From Pseudokineococcus basanitobsidens (GTDB lineage: Bacteria; Actinomycetota; Actinomycetes; Actinomycetales; Quadrisphaeraceae), in NCBI RefSeq assembly GCF_037482545.1, contig NZ_JBBIAA010000001.1:321226-385225 (forward strand): a stretch of DNA of 64,000 nt, written 5' to 3'. The position numbers and the translations under genes are program-made. The notes under the pieces are model-generated. The model did no database searches and was not told the origin of the DNA. It saw nothing but the letters and a program-made list of their open reading frames with translations. This document shows, piece by piece, positions 27,994 through 37,730 of this stretch. Position 1 is the first letter of the stretch. Every line of letters starts with the position of its first letter.

Positions 27994-30111
27994 CTACGGA
28001 CGCCGGCGGACGACGAGCACGCACGTGTCGTCGTCGAGGTCCGAGCCGCCGTCGGCGAAGTGCTCCACCACCAGGTCGCGCAGCGAGGCGGCGTCGTGGT
28101 CGTCGGGGCAGCCGGCGAGCAGCTGCTCCAGCTCGTCGAGCCCCTGCCGCAGGGGGCGGTCCCGCCGCTCCAGCAGCCCGTCGGTGAACAGCACCAAGGA
28201 GGCGCCGCGCGGCATGTCGACCTCGGCCTGGTCGACCACCGTCCGCGGCCCGGCGACGCCGATGGGGGTGGTGAGCGCCTGGTCGAGGCGGTGGACGACG
28301 CCCTCGGGCGTGCGGAGCATCGGCGGCGGGTGACCGGCCTTCGCGTAGGTCACGGCGCAGCCGTCACCCGTCTCGGCGCAGACGACGCGGGCGTAGACGC
28401 AGGTGGCCAGCCCGGCCATCCCGAGGCCGCGCACGAGCAGGTCCAGCCGGCGGAGCACGGCCCCGGGCTCGTCCCCGCCCCAGGCGTAGGAGCGCAGGAC
28501 CGAGCGCAGCTGGCCCATCGCGGCGGCCGCCCGGAGGTCGTGCCCCATGACGTCGCCGATGGCGACGCCGAGCCCGCCGTCGGGCAGGTCCAGGACGTCG
28601 AACCAGTCGCCGCCGACCTCGGCGCCGACGGCCGCGGGCAGGTAGGTGGCCGCGAGGTCGAAGTCCTCGACCTCGGGGAGGTCGGGGAGCAGGTCGCGCT
28701 GCAGGGTGAGGGCCGCCGCGTGCTCCCGCTCGTACAGCCGCGCGTTGTCGACGGCGAGGCCCGCACGCAGCCCGACGTCCGCCATCGTGGCGAGGTCCGT
28801 GCTGCTCGGGGGCGGCGCGTCGCCGAGGACGAGCCCGAGGACGGCGGTGGTGCGGCCACGGGCGCGCAGCGGGACCAGGACCGTGCGCCCGGCGCCCATC
28901 GCGCGCAGCGCCTGCGCGGCCGCGGCGTCGCCGAGCCGGCCGGCGGCCTGCTCCGTGTCCACGTGCAGGCTCGTCGGCGTCGTCACCGCACCGGTGAGCA
29001 GGTCCGACAGGACGGGCAGCTGTGCCAGCCCGTGCCCCGGCTCCCGCGCCAGGGCCTGCGCGCTGGCCGCGAGCGCCTCGTCGGCGTGCGCGACGTGGAG
29101 GCGGGACGCCCGCCCCGGCTCGTCGGCGACCAGGGCGAAGGCCCACCTGGCCAGGTCGGGCACCACCAGGCCGGGCAGGACGGCGAGCGCGCCGTCGCTG
29201 TCCAGCCGGCTGGCCAGGGCGGTGCTCACCCGCGCCAGCGCCTCGAGCCGGGCGTTCGCGCGTCGGGCCTCCTCGAGCGCCCGGTCGCGCTCCGCCGCCG
29301 CCTCCACCCTGGCGGTGACGTCGGACTGCACCCCCACGTGGTGGGTCAGGCGCCCGTCCGCGTCGAACACCGGGCTGATGACCACCTCGTTCCAGAAGGC
29401 CGTGCCGTCCTTGCGGAAGTTCAGCAGCACCTCGGTGACCGGCTCGTCCTCGGCGAGCGCCCGGGCGATGCGGGCGACGGCGTCCCGGTCGGTGCCCGGG
29501 CCCTGGAGGAACCGGCAGTTGGAGCCGGTGACGTCGGCGGAGGAGTAGCCCGTGGTGCGCTCGAACGCGGGGTTGACCCAGACGAGCGGGTTGTCCGGGG
29601 CGTGGGGGTCGCTGATGCTGAAGGACAGGTCGCTCGCGATGACGGCCCGGTGCCGCAGGTCGCCGGACTCCTGGAGCCGCGCGACGGCGGCGTGCTCGCG
29701 CAGCGGCAGCATCACGACGAGCGCCTGCGAGGCGAGCGGCGGGGGCGCGTCGGTGAGCGGGATGCCGACGACCCACATCTGCTCCCGGGCGGTGGTGGCG
29801 TCGGACCCGCGGGCGGCCGAGACGGCCTCGCCCGCCACCGGCTCGCCGGCGGCGACCCGGCGCAGCGGCGCCGGCCCGTCCTCCATGTCCTCGCCGCTCC
29901 CGTCGTGCAGCCCGGCCTCGCGCGACCACCGCGCGATGCCCGCCGGCAGGCGGGTGCCCGGGGACAGCTGCTGGGCCAGGGCGTTGGCGTAGACGACCTC
30001 GCCGCGGTCGAGGTCGACGAGGAGCACCGCGGCGGGGGTGTCCCGGACCACCGGGGGCAGCGCCGCCCCCGCGAGGGGCTGCACGGCCTCCAGTCCGGTG
30101 GTGTCGGTCAC
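27994..30111 (-). CDS. PAS-GAF-PP2C (SpoIIE/RsbU-type) serine phosphatase
   Basis: 705 aa. Has a PAS domain (VWVNPAFERTTGYSSADVTGSNCRFLQGPGTD), a GAF-like middle and a C-terminal PP2C domain (GGDWFDVLDLPDGGLGVAIGDVMGHD). Confidence 0.8.
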   Translation of the reverse strand: MTDTTGLEAVQPLAGAALPPVVRDTPAAVLLVDLDRGEVVYANALAQQLSPGTRLPAGIARWSREAGLHDGSGEDMEDGPAPLRRVAAGEPVAGEAVSAARGSDATTAREQMWVVGIPLTDAPPPLASQALVVMLPLREHAAVARLQESGDLRHRAVIASDLSFSISDPHAPDNPLVWVNPAFERTTGYSSADVTGSNCRFLQGPGTDRDAVARIARALAEDEPVTEVLLNFRKDGTAFWNEVVISPVFDADGRLTHHVGVQSDVTARVEAAAERDRALEEARRANARLEALARVSTALASRLDSDGALAVLPGLVVPDLARWAFALVADEPGRASRLHVAHADEALAASAQALAREPGHGLAQLPVLSDLLTGAVTTPTSLHVDTEQAAGRLGDAAAAQALRAMGAGRTVLVPLRARGRTTAVLGLVLGDAPPPSSTDLATMADVGLRAGLAVDNARLYEREHAAALTLQRDLLPDLPEVEDFDLAATYLPAAVGAEVGGDWFDVLDLPDGGLGVAIGDVMGHDLRAAAAMGQLRSVLRSYAWGGDEPGAVLRRLDLLVRGLGMAGLATCVYARVVCAETGDGCAVTYAKAGHPPPMLRTPEGVVHRLDQALTTPIGVAGPRTVVDQAEVDMPRGASLVLFTDGLLERRDRPLRQGLDELEQLLAGCPDDHDAASLRDLVVEHFADGGSDLDDDTCVLVVRRRP

Positions 30112-30186
30112 GGCCGCGATCCTACGAGGGGGCCCGGGGCCCGGGACGGCCGTGACGACCGCCCCGGCGACGGCGGGCGCCGGGCG

Positions 30187-31167
30187 TCACGCGGGCGGTC
30201 GTCGCCCCTCCCGCACCGCGTCGAGCCAGGCGCGGGCGTCGCCGAAGGCGGCCTCGTCCGTCCCCGGCCGCACGGTGACCGGGCGACCGTCCGCGCGCGG
30301 GTAGGAGCCCAGGAAGCGGACCTGCGCGCAGAAGCGGTGCAGGCCCAGCAGCGCCTCGGCGACCCGCGCGTCCTGCACGTGCCCCTCGGCGTCGATGGCG
30401 AAGCAGTAGCGGCCGAGGGCGTCCCCGGTCGGGCGGGACTCGATCCGGGTGAGGTTCACCCCGCGGGAGGCGAACTGCTCGAGCAGCTCCAGCAGCATGC
30501 CGGGGTGGTCCTGCGGCTGGAAGGCGATGACGGTCGTGCGGTCGGCGCCCGTCGGCGGCGGGGGAGCCGTCGGCCGGCCCACGAGGACGAAGCGGGTGAC
30601 GGCGCCGGCGGTGTCGCCGACGTCGCGCGCGAGCACCTCGAGCCCGTAGCGCTCGGCGGCCACGCCGGCGCACAGGGCGGCGTCGTAGCCGGTGGCGGCC
30701 GCTCCCGGGGCAAGGCCGGCCGCCGCCGCGGCGGTGGAGGAGCTCGGCACGTACTGGGCGCGGGGGAGGTGCTCGGCGAGCCAGCCGCGGCACTGGGCGT
30801 GCGCGTGCGTGTGGGTGCTGACGACGGCGACGTCCTCGAGCCGCGTGCCCGGGCGGGCGCCCAGGACGAACGTGACGGGCACCAGCGCCTCGGCCACGAC
30901 GACGAGCGGGTCGCCGCCCGCCAGCCCGTCCAGGGTCGCGGCGACGCCGCCCTCCACGGAGTTCTCCATCGGCACCATCGCGGCGTCGAGGTCGCCCGCG
31001 CGCACCGCGGCGAGAGCGGCGTCCACGCTGGCCGCGGGGACACGCTCCGCGTCGTCCTCGCCGCGCCGGACGAGGACGTCGCCCAGCGCGGCGTCGGTGA
31101 AGGTCCCCTCGGGCCCGAGGTAGCCGTAGCGGCGGGGGCGGGCCGGCGCGTCCGTCCCGGGGCTCAC
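30187..31167 (-). CDS. pheA: prephenate dehydratase
   Basis: PDT domain (YGYLGPEGTFTDAA...ENSVEGGV) plus a C-terminal ACT domain. The GTG start overlaps the flotillin stop (GTGA). Confidence 0.8.
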   Translation of the reverse strand: MSPGTDAPARPRRYGYLGPEGTFTDAALGDVLVRRGEDDAERVPAASVDAALAAVRAGDLDAAMVPMENSVEGGVAATLDGLAGGDPLVVVAEALVPVTFVLGARPGTRLEDVAVVSTHTHAHAQCRGWLAEHLPRAQYVPSSSTAAAAAGLAPGAAATGYDAALCAGVAAERYGLEVLARDVGDTAGAVTRFVLVGRPTAPPPPTGADRTTVIAFQPQDHPGMLLELLEQFASRGVNLTRIESRPTGDALGRYCFAIDAEGHVQDARVAEALLGLHRFCAQVRFLGSYPRADGRPVTVRPGTDEAAFGDARAWLDAVREGRRPPA

Positions 31168-32837
31168 CCGTCCGCGCCGCCGCGCTCGCCGCTCGTCGCG
31201 CCCTCGTCCCCGGTGCCGAAGCCGCCCGGGGCGGCGCTGCTCGCGGGGGCGGGCGCCACCGGGGTGCGCGCGGGGCGCTCGCCCCGTCCGTCGGTGTCCC
31301 GTCCGCCCGTGCCCCGTCCGTCCGTGCTCCCGCCGCCGATCAGCGACAGGAGGTCGACGCCCGTCGTGCGGCGCACCGTCTCGAGCGTCTCGTGGAGGTT
31401 GCCGGCGACCGACCGCGAGAGCGCGCCGGCGCCGTCGTTGGAGATGACGGTGAGGTCGTCGATGGAGCCCAGCGGCCGGGCGAGCGCCTCGGCCATGGCG
31501 GGCAGGACCTCGACGACCATCTGCAGCCGGGCGGCCTCGCCGTAGTGCGCGAAGGCCTCGGCGGACTGACGGCGGGCCTCCGCCTCGGCGCGGCCGCGGG
31601 CCGCGATGTTCGCGGCCTCCGCGCGCCCGCGGGCCTCGGTCGCCGCGGCCTCGGCCTCGCCCTCGAGGCGTGCGGCGTCGGCCTGGGCGGTGCGCCGCGC
31701 CAGCTCGGCCTCGGCCGCGAGCCGCACCGAGCGGGCCTCGGCCTCGGCGCTGATGCGCAGGCGCTGGGCGTCGGCGTCGGCCGACAGGCGGGTCCGCTCG
31801 GCGGCGGCCTTCGCGTCCTGCACGGAGGAGCTCGCGCGGCCCTCGGCCTCGTACTGGACGGCGCTGCGGCGCGCCTGCGCCTCCTGCTCCGTCTTGTAGC
31901 GCGCGGCGTCGGCGGGCTTGCGGACGTCGGTGTCCAGCTGGGTCTCGGTCAGGGCGGCCCGGCGCTGGGCGACCCGCTCCTGGGAGGTGAGGACCTCCTG
32001 GTCCTGCGCCGCCTTCGCGAGGGAGCCGGCGGCCTCCGCCTCCGCCTGGGCCTTGTCGGTGTCCGCGCGGAACGTCGCCTGCCGCAGGGCGAGGTCGCGC
32101 TCGGCCTCGGCGACGAGCTGCTGCGCCTGCGCCTCCCGCTGGGACGACTCGCGCTGGGCGTCGGCCTCGGCGATGGCGGCGGTGCGCGCCGCGGCGGCGG
32201 CCTCGGGCCGGCCGAGGTCGCGCAGGTAGTTGCTGTCGTCGGAGACGTCCTGGATCTGGAAGGTGTCGAGGACGAGGCCCTGGTTGTTGAGCGAGGACAC
32301 CGACTCGTCGGCGACCTGGCGGGCGAAGGCCGCGCGGTCGCGGATGATCTCGTCCACCGTCAGCGTGCCGACGATCGAGCGCAGCGAGCCGGCGAGGACC
32401 TCCTGGGTGAAGGACTCGATCTCGTCCTGCTGGTGCAGGAACCGCTGGGCCGCGGCGCGCACGTTGTTCTCCGTGCCGCCGACCTTGACGATCGCGACGG
32501 CGTCGAGGTTGAGCCGGATGCCCTGCTGGGAGACGGCGCCGCGGATCTGCACGCGGATGGAGCGCGAGGCGAGCGAGAGCGCGTAGGCCTGCTCGACGAA
32601 GGGCTTGACGAAGACACCGCCGCCCATGACGACCCGCTGGCCGGAGAGGTCCATCGAGGACTCCCCGGTCTCCGGGTTGAGCACGGGCTTGCCGCCCTTG
32701 CGGCCCACGACGACGAGGGCCTCGGACGGGTTGGCGATCTTGTAGCGGCGCACCGCCGAGATGGCCACCACGAGGAGGACGACGACCACCACCGCGACGA
32801 CCACGAGGGTGACGAGCGTTCCGATCGCGAGTTCCAT
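31164..32837 (-). CDS. flotillin / SPFH (band 7) family protein
   Basis: N-terminal TM helix, SPFH domain, and a long Ala/Glu/Arg-rich coiled-coil with a Gly-rich tail. Confidence 0.8.
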   Translation of the reverse strand: MELAIGTLVTLVVVAVVVVVLLVVAISAVRRYKIANPSEALVVVGRKGGKPVLNPETGESSMDLSGQRVVMGGGVFVKPFVEQAYALSLASRSIRVQIRGAVSQQGIRLNLDAVAIVKVGGTENNVRAAAQRFLHQQDEIESFTQEVLAGSLRSIVGTLTVDEIIRDRAAFARQVADESVSSLNNQGLVLDTFQIQDVSDDSNYLRDLGRPEAAAAARTAAIAEADAQRESSQREAQAQQLVAEAERDLALRQATFRADTDKAQAEAEAAGSLAKAAQDQEVLTSQERVAQRRAALTETQLDTDVRKPADAARYKTEQEAQARRSAVQYEAEGRASSSVQDAKAAAERTRLSADADAQRLRISAEAEARSVRLAAEAELARRTAQADAARLEGEAEAAATEARGRAEAANIAARGRAEAEARRQSAEAFAHYGEAARLQMVVEVLPAMAEALARPLGSIDDLTVISNDGAGALSRSVAGNLHETLETVRRTTGVDLLSLIGGGSTDGRGTGGRDTDGRGERPARTPVAPAPASSAAPGGFGTGDEGATSGERGGADG

Positions 32838-32990
32838 GGGTCTGCGGCGCTCCTCGTGCGTCGTCGGGCCGGCCCCGGCGGCCGGCCGTGCGCCGTCCCC
32901 GGCGCGGGCGACAGTGTGGCGCAGCGGCGCCCGGCGTGGGGCGGGCTGTGGACGGCGCACCCGGCCGGGCGGCGCGTCCCCCCGGACGAG

Positions 32991-33488
32991 TCAGCCGGGA
33001 GCGCCGTGCGGGCCGTCCGGTCGCCGGGCGACCGCGGCGGCGGCCTCGTCCAGGAAGCGCTCCAGGAGCGACAGCTCGGCGGGCGTGTAGCCGGCCAGGA
33101 CGGACGCGAGCTCCACGGCCATCGGGCCGAAGACCGCCCGGCCCAGGTCCTGCGCCGAACCCGTCGCCTCGACGACGACCCGGCGGCGGTCGGTCGCGCT
33201 GCGCACCCGTCGTACGTGCCCGGCGCGCTCCAGGCGGTCGAGCATGGCGGACGTGGCGGGCGAGCTCAGCCCGAGGTCGCGGGCGAGGCTGCCGGGGCTG
33301 TGCTCCTGACTGCGCTCGGCGGCCTCCAGGAGAGCGGCCACCGCCGCCAGGTCCGTCGGCCCGCTGCCGTGGGCCGACCCCACCCGCTGCACGTAGCGGT
33401 CGGTCTCCGTCGTCACGCGACGCAGCGCGTGGAGCACCCGCAGGGCAGCGGGCGCGCCGTCCTCGGTGCCGGACGTGTCGACGGGCAC
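32991..33488 (-). CDS. MarR family transcriptional regulator
   Basis: wHTH region (SPGSLARDLGLSSPATSAMLDRLERAGHVRRVRS). GTG start with a GGGAGAGAGGAG Shine-Dalgarno. The maximal ORF runs to 33722. Confidence 0.7.
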   Translation of the reverse strand: MPVDTSGTEDGAPAALRVLHALRRVTTETDRYVQRVGSAHGSGPTDLAAVAALLEAAERSQEHSPGSLARDLGLSSPATSAMLDRLERAGHVRRVRSATDRRRVVVEATGSAQDLGRAVFGPMAVELASVLAGYTPAELSLLERFLDEAAAAVARRPDGPHGAPG

Positions 33489-33549
33489 GGCCGCTCCTCT
33501 CTCCCGCCGCCGGGTGCGACGGCTCCGGGACCACCGTAGTGTCTCCACC

Positions 33550-34413
33550 ATGGAGAAGCTCAGCAGTGGAAGCAGGTCACCGTCGCGGGGGGACCGGACC
33601 CGGCGGTGGGTGGTGCTCGGCGCGGCCGTCGTCGCGGTCGTCGTGTCGACGGTCGGCTCGGGGGCCTTCGGCGGCACGCCGGTCGACGAGGCGGCGGGCG
33701 GGGCCCTGTCGGCGACGGCCACGCTCGTGGCCCCCGCCGGGCCGGCCTTCTCGATCTGGGGGGTGATCTACGCCGGGCTCGTGGCGTACGCGGTCTGGCA
33801 GCTCGTCGCGGCCAGGCCCGACGACGCCCGGCAGCGCGCGGCGGGCTGGTGGCTCGTCGCGTCCCTCCTGCTCAACGCCGCCTGGATCACCGTCGTCCAG
33901 GCCGGCTCCGTGGGCGTGTCCGTCGTCGTCATCGCCGCGCTCGCCGCCGTCCTCGGCGTCGCCCTCGCGCGGCTGCAGCGCACGGAGCCCCGTGGGTGGC
34001 CGGAGGCGCTGCTGGTCGACGGCGTCACCGGGCTGTACCTCGGCTGGGTCCTCGTCGCGACGGTGGCGAACGTCTCCGCGTGGCTCGCGCAGGCGGGCGT
34101 CGGCGGCCTCGGGCTCGGCGAGGCCACCTGGGCGGTCGTCGTGCTCGTCGTCGCGGCGGCGATCGGGGTCGGCGTCTGCCGGGGCACCGGGCGCCTCGCG
34201 CCCGCCCTGTCGCTCGGGTGGGGGCTGGCGTGGGTCGCGGTCGGGCGCTCCTCCGGGCCGGACTCCTCGGCGGTGGTCGCCGTCGTGGCCGCGGTGCTGT
34301 CCGTCGCCGTCGTGGCCGCGGTGCTGTCCGTCGCCGTCGTGGTGGCGGGCGTGGCCGCGCGGGCCCGACGCGCGCGGACGACGACCGCCCGCCGTCCCGC
34401 GCGCGTCTCCTGA
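33550..34413 (+). CDS. TspO/MBR-like tryptophan-rich membrane protein (tentative)
   Basis: Divergent from the MarR gene. Polytopic and Trp-rich (FSIWGVIYAGLVAYAVWQL; WITVVQAG). The 3' part contains a 27-bp tandem duplication. Confidence 0.45.
   Translation: MEKLSSGSRSPSRGDRTRRWVVLGAAVVAVVVSTVGSGAFGGTPVDEAAGGALSATATLVAPAGPAFSIWGVIYAGLVAYAVWQLVAARPDDARQRAAGWWLVASLLLNAAWITVVQAGSVGVSVVVIAALAAVLGVALARLQRTEPRGWPEALLVDGVTGLYLGWVLVATVANVSAWLAQAGVGGLGLGEATWAVVVLVVAAAIGVGVCRGTGRLAPALSLGWGLAWVAVGRSSGPDSSAVVAVVAAVLSVAVVAAVLSVAVVVAGVAARARRARTTTARRPARVS
34276..34340 (+). repeat. 27-bp tandem repeat (about 2.4 copies) gtcgccgtcgtggccgcggtgctgtcc
   Basis: Read directly. It is in-frame and encodes VAVVAAVLS x2 in the C-terminal tail of the membrane protein. 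Confidence 0.8.
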
Positions 34414-34431
34414 CGTCCGGCGTCCCCCGGA

Positions 34432-35035
34432 CTACAGGACGAGGGCGTCGACCAGCAGCCAGGCGCCGATGAGCAGGAAGAGGACGCCCGCGCCGATCCT
34501 GACGGCGCGCTCGGGCAGCCGGCGCCCCAGGTGGTACCCGAGGACGATGGCGAGGGCGTCGGCGGCGACCATGCCCAGCGTCGACCCCAGCCAGGTGCCG
34601 GCGATCTCGGCGACGCCCTCGTCACGGGCGGACAGCGTGATCGTCGCGAGCATCGTCTTGTCACCGAGCTCGGCGAGGAGGAAGGCGACGGCCACGGTGA
34701 CGAAGACGGAGCGGCCGGGCCGGTCGGCGCGGCTCTCCTCGTCCTCGTCGAGGCTGTCCCCGCGGAAGGTCCACAGGCCGAAGCCGACGAAGGCCAGCCC
34801 CGCCACCACGGCGATCGCCGTCGTCGGCAGGGCGGCGCCGACCGCGGCGCCGAGCACCACCGACGCGAGGTGGACCAGCGCGGTCGAGGCCGTGATCGCC
34901 ACGACGATCGGCCACGGGCGGTACCGCGTGGCGAAGGTGAGCGCCATGAGCTGGGACTTGTCGCCCAGCTCGGCGACGAAGATGACGCCGAAGCCGACGG
35001 CGGTCGCGATGACGAAGGGGGTCACGGGTCCTCGG
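34432..35035 (-). CDS. UPF0016 / GDT1 (TMEM165) family cation transporter
   Basis: Two E-x-G-D-K-[ST] signature motifs (ELGDKSQ, ELGDKTM) in a 6-TM protein. GTG start; the maximal ORF runs to 35151. Confidence 0.7.
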
Positions 35036-35311
35036 GGGTGACGAGCGCGCCCGACCGGCTGCGCGGGGACGCCTCCGGCCGCGCGCGCAGGTGGGCGCTG
35101 GCCGAAGGTCTCGCCCACCCGGGCCCGCTGGGCGGTCCGGGTCCGCGGCACCGGGTGCCTCCGCCGGGGCGGGGGCGGCCAGTGTGTCGACGCCGCGGTT
35201 GGGGGCTACTCCCCTTCGTGAACGCGTCGAGGCTACCGCAGCCGTCCGCCCGCCCTCGGTGCCGTCCGCCGCCGCACGGGCCCGACCGGGTCCGCCACCT
35301 ACCCTCGCCGT

Positions 35312-37687
35312 GTGCCGTCGGTCCTCGTGCTCGTCGCCCTCCTGCTCGCGGGCCTCGTGGGACCGGTGGTGGGCCCGGTAGTAGGCCCGGTAGCAGGCCC
35401 GGTGGTGGGACCGGTGGTGGGTGAGGGCCCGGCGCAGGCGCGCGCGACGGGGGACGCGCGCGGCGTCCCCGGGCCGGTCGTCCTCGTCGGTGTCCCCGGG
35501 CTCCGGTGGGCGGACGTGACGCCGGTCGACGCGGACGGGCAGCCGCTGGCGCAGGAGGTCCAGGAGGGCGAGGGCCCCTCCGGCGTGCCGCAGCGTGCGG
35601 CGTCGACGCCCGTGCTCGGCGCGCTCCTGCGTGACGCCGGCGTCGGCGACGTGGCGGTCCGCGGCGTCACCTCGAGCGCGTGCCCCGCCGACGGCTGGCT
35701 GGCGCTCTCGTCGGGCTCGCGGGCCCTCGACCCGCGCCCGGGCATGGAGGTGGCCGCCGCCGACGGGGCGGCCACCGAGCCGGACCCCCAGGAGGTCCTC
35801 ACCCGCTGCACGGCCCTGGCCGAGCCCCGGGACGGCGTGGTGGGGCGCTGGCCCGTCTACGAGGCCGCCGTCGCCGAGCAGGACTACGACGCCCGGCTCG
35901 GGCTGCTCGGCGACGCCCTCGAGGACGCCGGCGTCGCCGCGGCGTCGGTCGGGCCGGGCGCCGCCGTGGCGCTCGCGAGGTCGGACGGGTCGCTGGCCGG
36001 CCCGCACGTGGACCGCCCGCAGGGCGCCGACGACCTCGGCGCCGCCGTCGAGGGGCTCCTGACCGACGGCGCCGGGCTCGTCGTCGTCGACGCCGGCAGC
36101 CTGCTGGCGGACGCCCGCCCGGACGACGACGGCGGCGGCGTGGTGCCCGAGGAGGCGGCCGCCGCCACGGTCGAGGCCCTGGACGCCCGGGTCGGCGCCG
36201 TCCTGGCCGCCGTCCCCGACGACGCGACCGTCCTCGTCGCGAGCACCGCGGACGCGACGGCGACGGCCCACCTCGGCGCCTTCGCCGCCGTGGGGCCGGC
36301 GGCGGGCGGTGTCGCGGACGCCTACGGCGGCACGCTCGTCGGCTCGCTGTCGACCCGCCAGGACGGGCTCCTGCAGACGACGGACCTGGCGCCCACGCTC
36401 CTCGACGCGCTCGGGGTCGAGGGGCCGGGCGGGCTGGTCGGGGCGCCGGTGCTGCCCGTGGACGCCGGGCTGGACGCCGAGGAGCGCCGCGCCGTGGTGC
36501 TCGACCTCTCGCGCGCCGCCCTCGAGGTCCGACCGGTGGTCGGGCCGTTCTTCTACGTGCTCTACGGCTCGCAGCTGCTGCTGTACGGCGCCGGCGTGCT
36601 GGCCCTGCGTCGCCGCTGGGGCGGGCCGTACGGGCGCCGCCGGGTCCTGGCGTGGCTGCGGCGGGTCTCCGTCGTGTCGGCGTCCGTGCCCGTCGCGACC
36701 TTCCTCGCCGGCCTGCTGCCGTGGTGGCGGAGCGACGCCTCCGCGCTCGTCCTCGTCCTCGCCGTCGCCGCGTGGACCGCCGTCGTGGCCGCGCTCGCCC
36801 TGCTGGGGCCGTGGCGGCGCGGGGTGCTCGGTCCGCTCGGGGTGGTGGCGGGCACGACGGCGCTCGTCCTCGCCGTCGACGTCGTGACCGGCTCGACCCT
36901 CCAGCTCTCCAGCCTCATGGGCCCGAACCCGATCGTGGCGGGCCGCTTCTACGGGCTGGGCAACCCGCCGTTCGCGCTCTTCGCGACCGGCTGCCTGCTG
37001 CTCGCGACGGCGCTCGCCGACCGGCTGCTGCGCAGCGGCCGCGCCCGGTGGGCCGTCGCCGTCGTCGCGCTCCTCGGCGCCGCGGCGGCGGTGCTCGACG
37101 GGACCCCGGGCCTCGGGAGCGACTTCGGCGGCCCGCCCGCGATCGTCCCGGCCTTCGCCGTCCTGGCCCTGCTCGTCGCCGGCGTGCGCATCACCTGGCG
37201 GCGCGTCCTGCTCATCGGCGGGGGCACCCTCGTCGTGATGTCGCTGCTGGCCGTCCTCGACTACGCGCGCCCGCCGGCGGACCGCACCCACCTGGGCCGC
37301 TTCGTCGAGACCGTGCTCGACGGCGGGGCGCTGGACGTCGTGGGCCGCAAGCTCGCCGCCAACCTGTCGGTGCTGACGGGCAACCCCCAGGGCCTGCTCG
37401 TGCCGGTCGCGGCCCTCTTCGTCGCGCTGGTGCTGCTGCGGCCGGGGGCGTCCGGGCCGCCCGCGCTGCGCCGGGCCTTCGACCGCACCCCGGCGCTGCG
37501 GGCGGGCTTCGCGGCCTGGCTGGTGCTCGTGCTCATCGGCTTCGCCGTCAACGACTCGGGGACGTCGATCCCGGCCGTCGCCGCGACGCTGATGGTCCCG
37601 CTGCTCACCGCCGCCGGGGCCCGGGCGCTCGAGGACGACGAGGCCGGCGCGCCCGCGACGGCACCGGTCGAGCGCCTGCGCGCCTGA
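35312..37687 (+). CDS. large membrane protein: N-terminal exported domain plus C-terminal polytopic domain (function unknown)
   Basis: 791 aa. A signal-like N-terminus is followed by a (GPVV)5 repeat, a soluble domain of about 400 aa and at least ten C-terminal TM helices. Confidence 0.6.
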   Translation: MPSVLVLVALLLAGLVGPVVGPVVGPVAGPVVGPVVGEGPAQARATGDARGVPGPVVLVGVPGLRWADVTPVDADGQPLAQEVQEGEGPSGVPQRAASTPVLGALLRDAGVGDVAVRGVTSSACPADGWLALSSGSRALDPRPGMEVAAADGAATEPDPQEVLTRCTALAEPRDGVVGRWPVYEAAVAEQDYDARLGLLGDALEDAGVAAASVGPGAAVALARSDGSLAGPHVDRPQGADDLGAAVEGLLTDGAGLVVVDAGSLLADARPDDDGGGVVPEEAAAATVEALDARVGAVLAAVPDDATVLVASTADATATAHLGAFAAVGPAAGGVADAYGGTLVGSLSTRQDGLLQTTDLAPTLLDALGVEGPGGLVGAPVLPVDAGLDAEERRAVVLDLSRAALEVRPVVGPFFYVLYGSQLLLYGAGVLALRRRWGGPYGRRRVLAWLRRVSVVSASVPVATFLAGLLPWWRSDASALVLVLAVAAWTAVVAALALLGPWRRGVLGPLGVVAGTTALVLAVDVVTGSTLQLSSLMGPNPIVAGRFYGLGNPPFALFATGCLLLATALADRLLRSGRARWAVAVVALLGAAAAVLDGTPGLGSDFGGPPAIVPAFAVLALLVAGVRITWRRVLLIGGGTLVVMSLLAVLDYARPPADRTHLGRFVETVLDGGALDVVGRKLAANLSVLTGNPQGLLVPVAALFVALVLLRPGASGPPALRRAFDRTPALRAGFAAWLVLVLIGFAVNDSGTSIPAVAATLMVPLLTAAGARALEDDEAGAPATAPVERLRA
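35359..35421 (+). repeat. 12-bp tandem repeat x5 encoding (GPVV)n
   Basis: Five units of ggaccggtggtg/ggcccggtagta, in-frame at the N-terminus of the large membrane protein. Confidence 0.8.
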
Positions 37688-37730
37688 CCCGGGCCGCGTG
37701 CCCGCCGGGCCGCCACGAGGCCGTCGTCCG

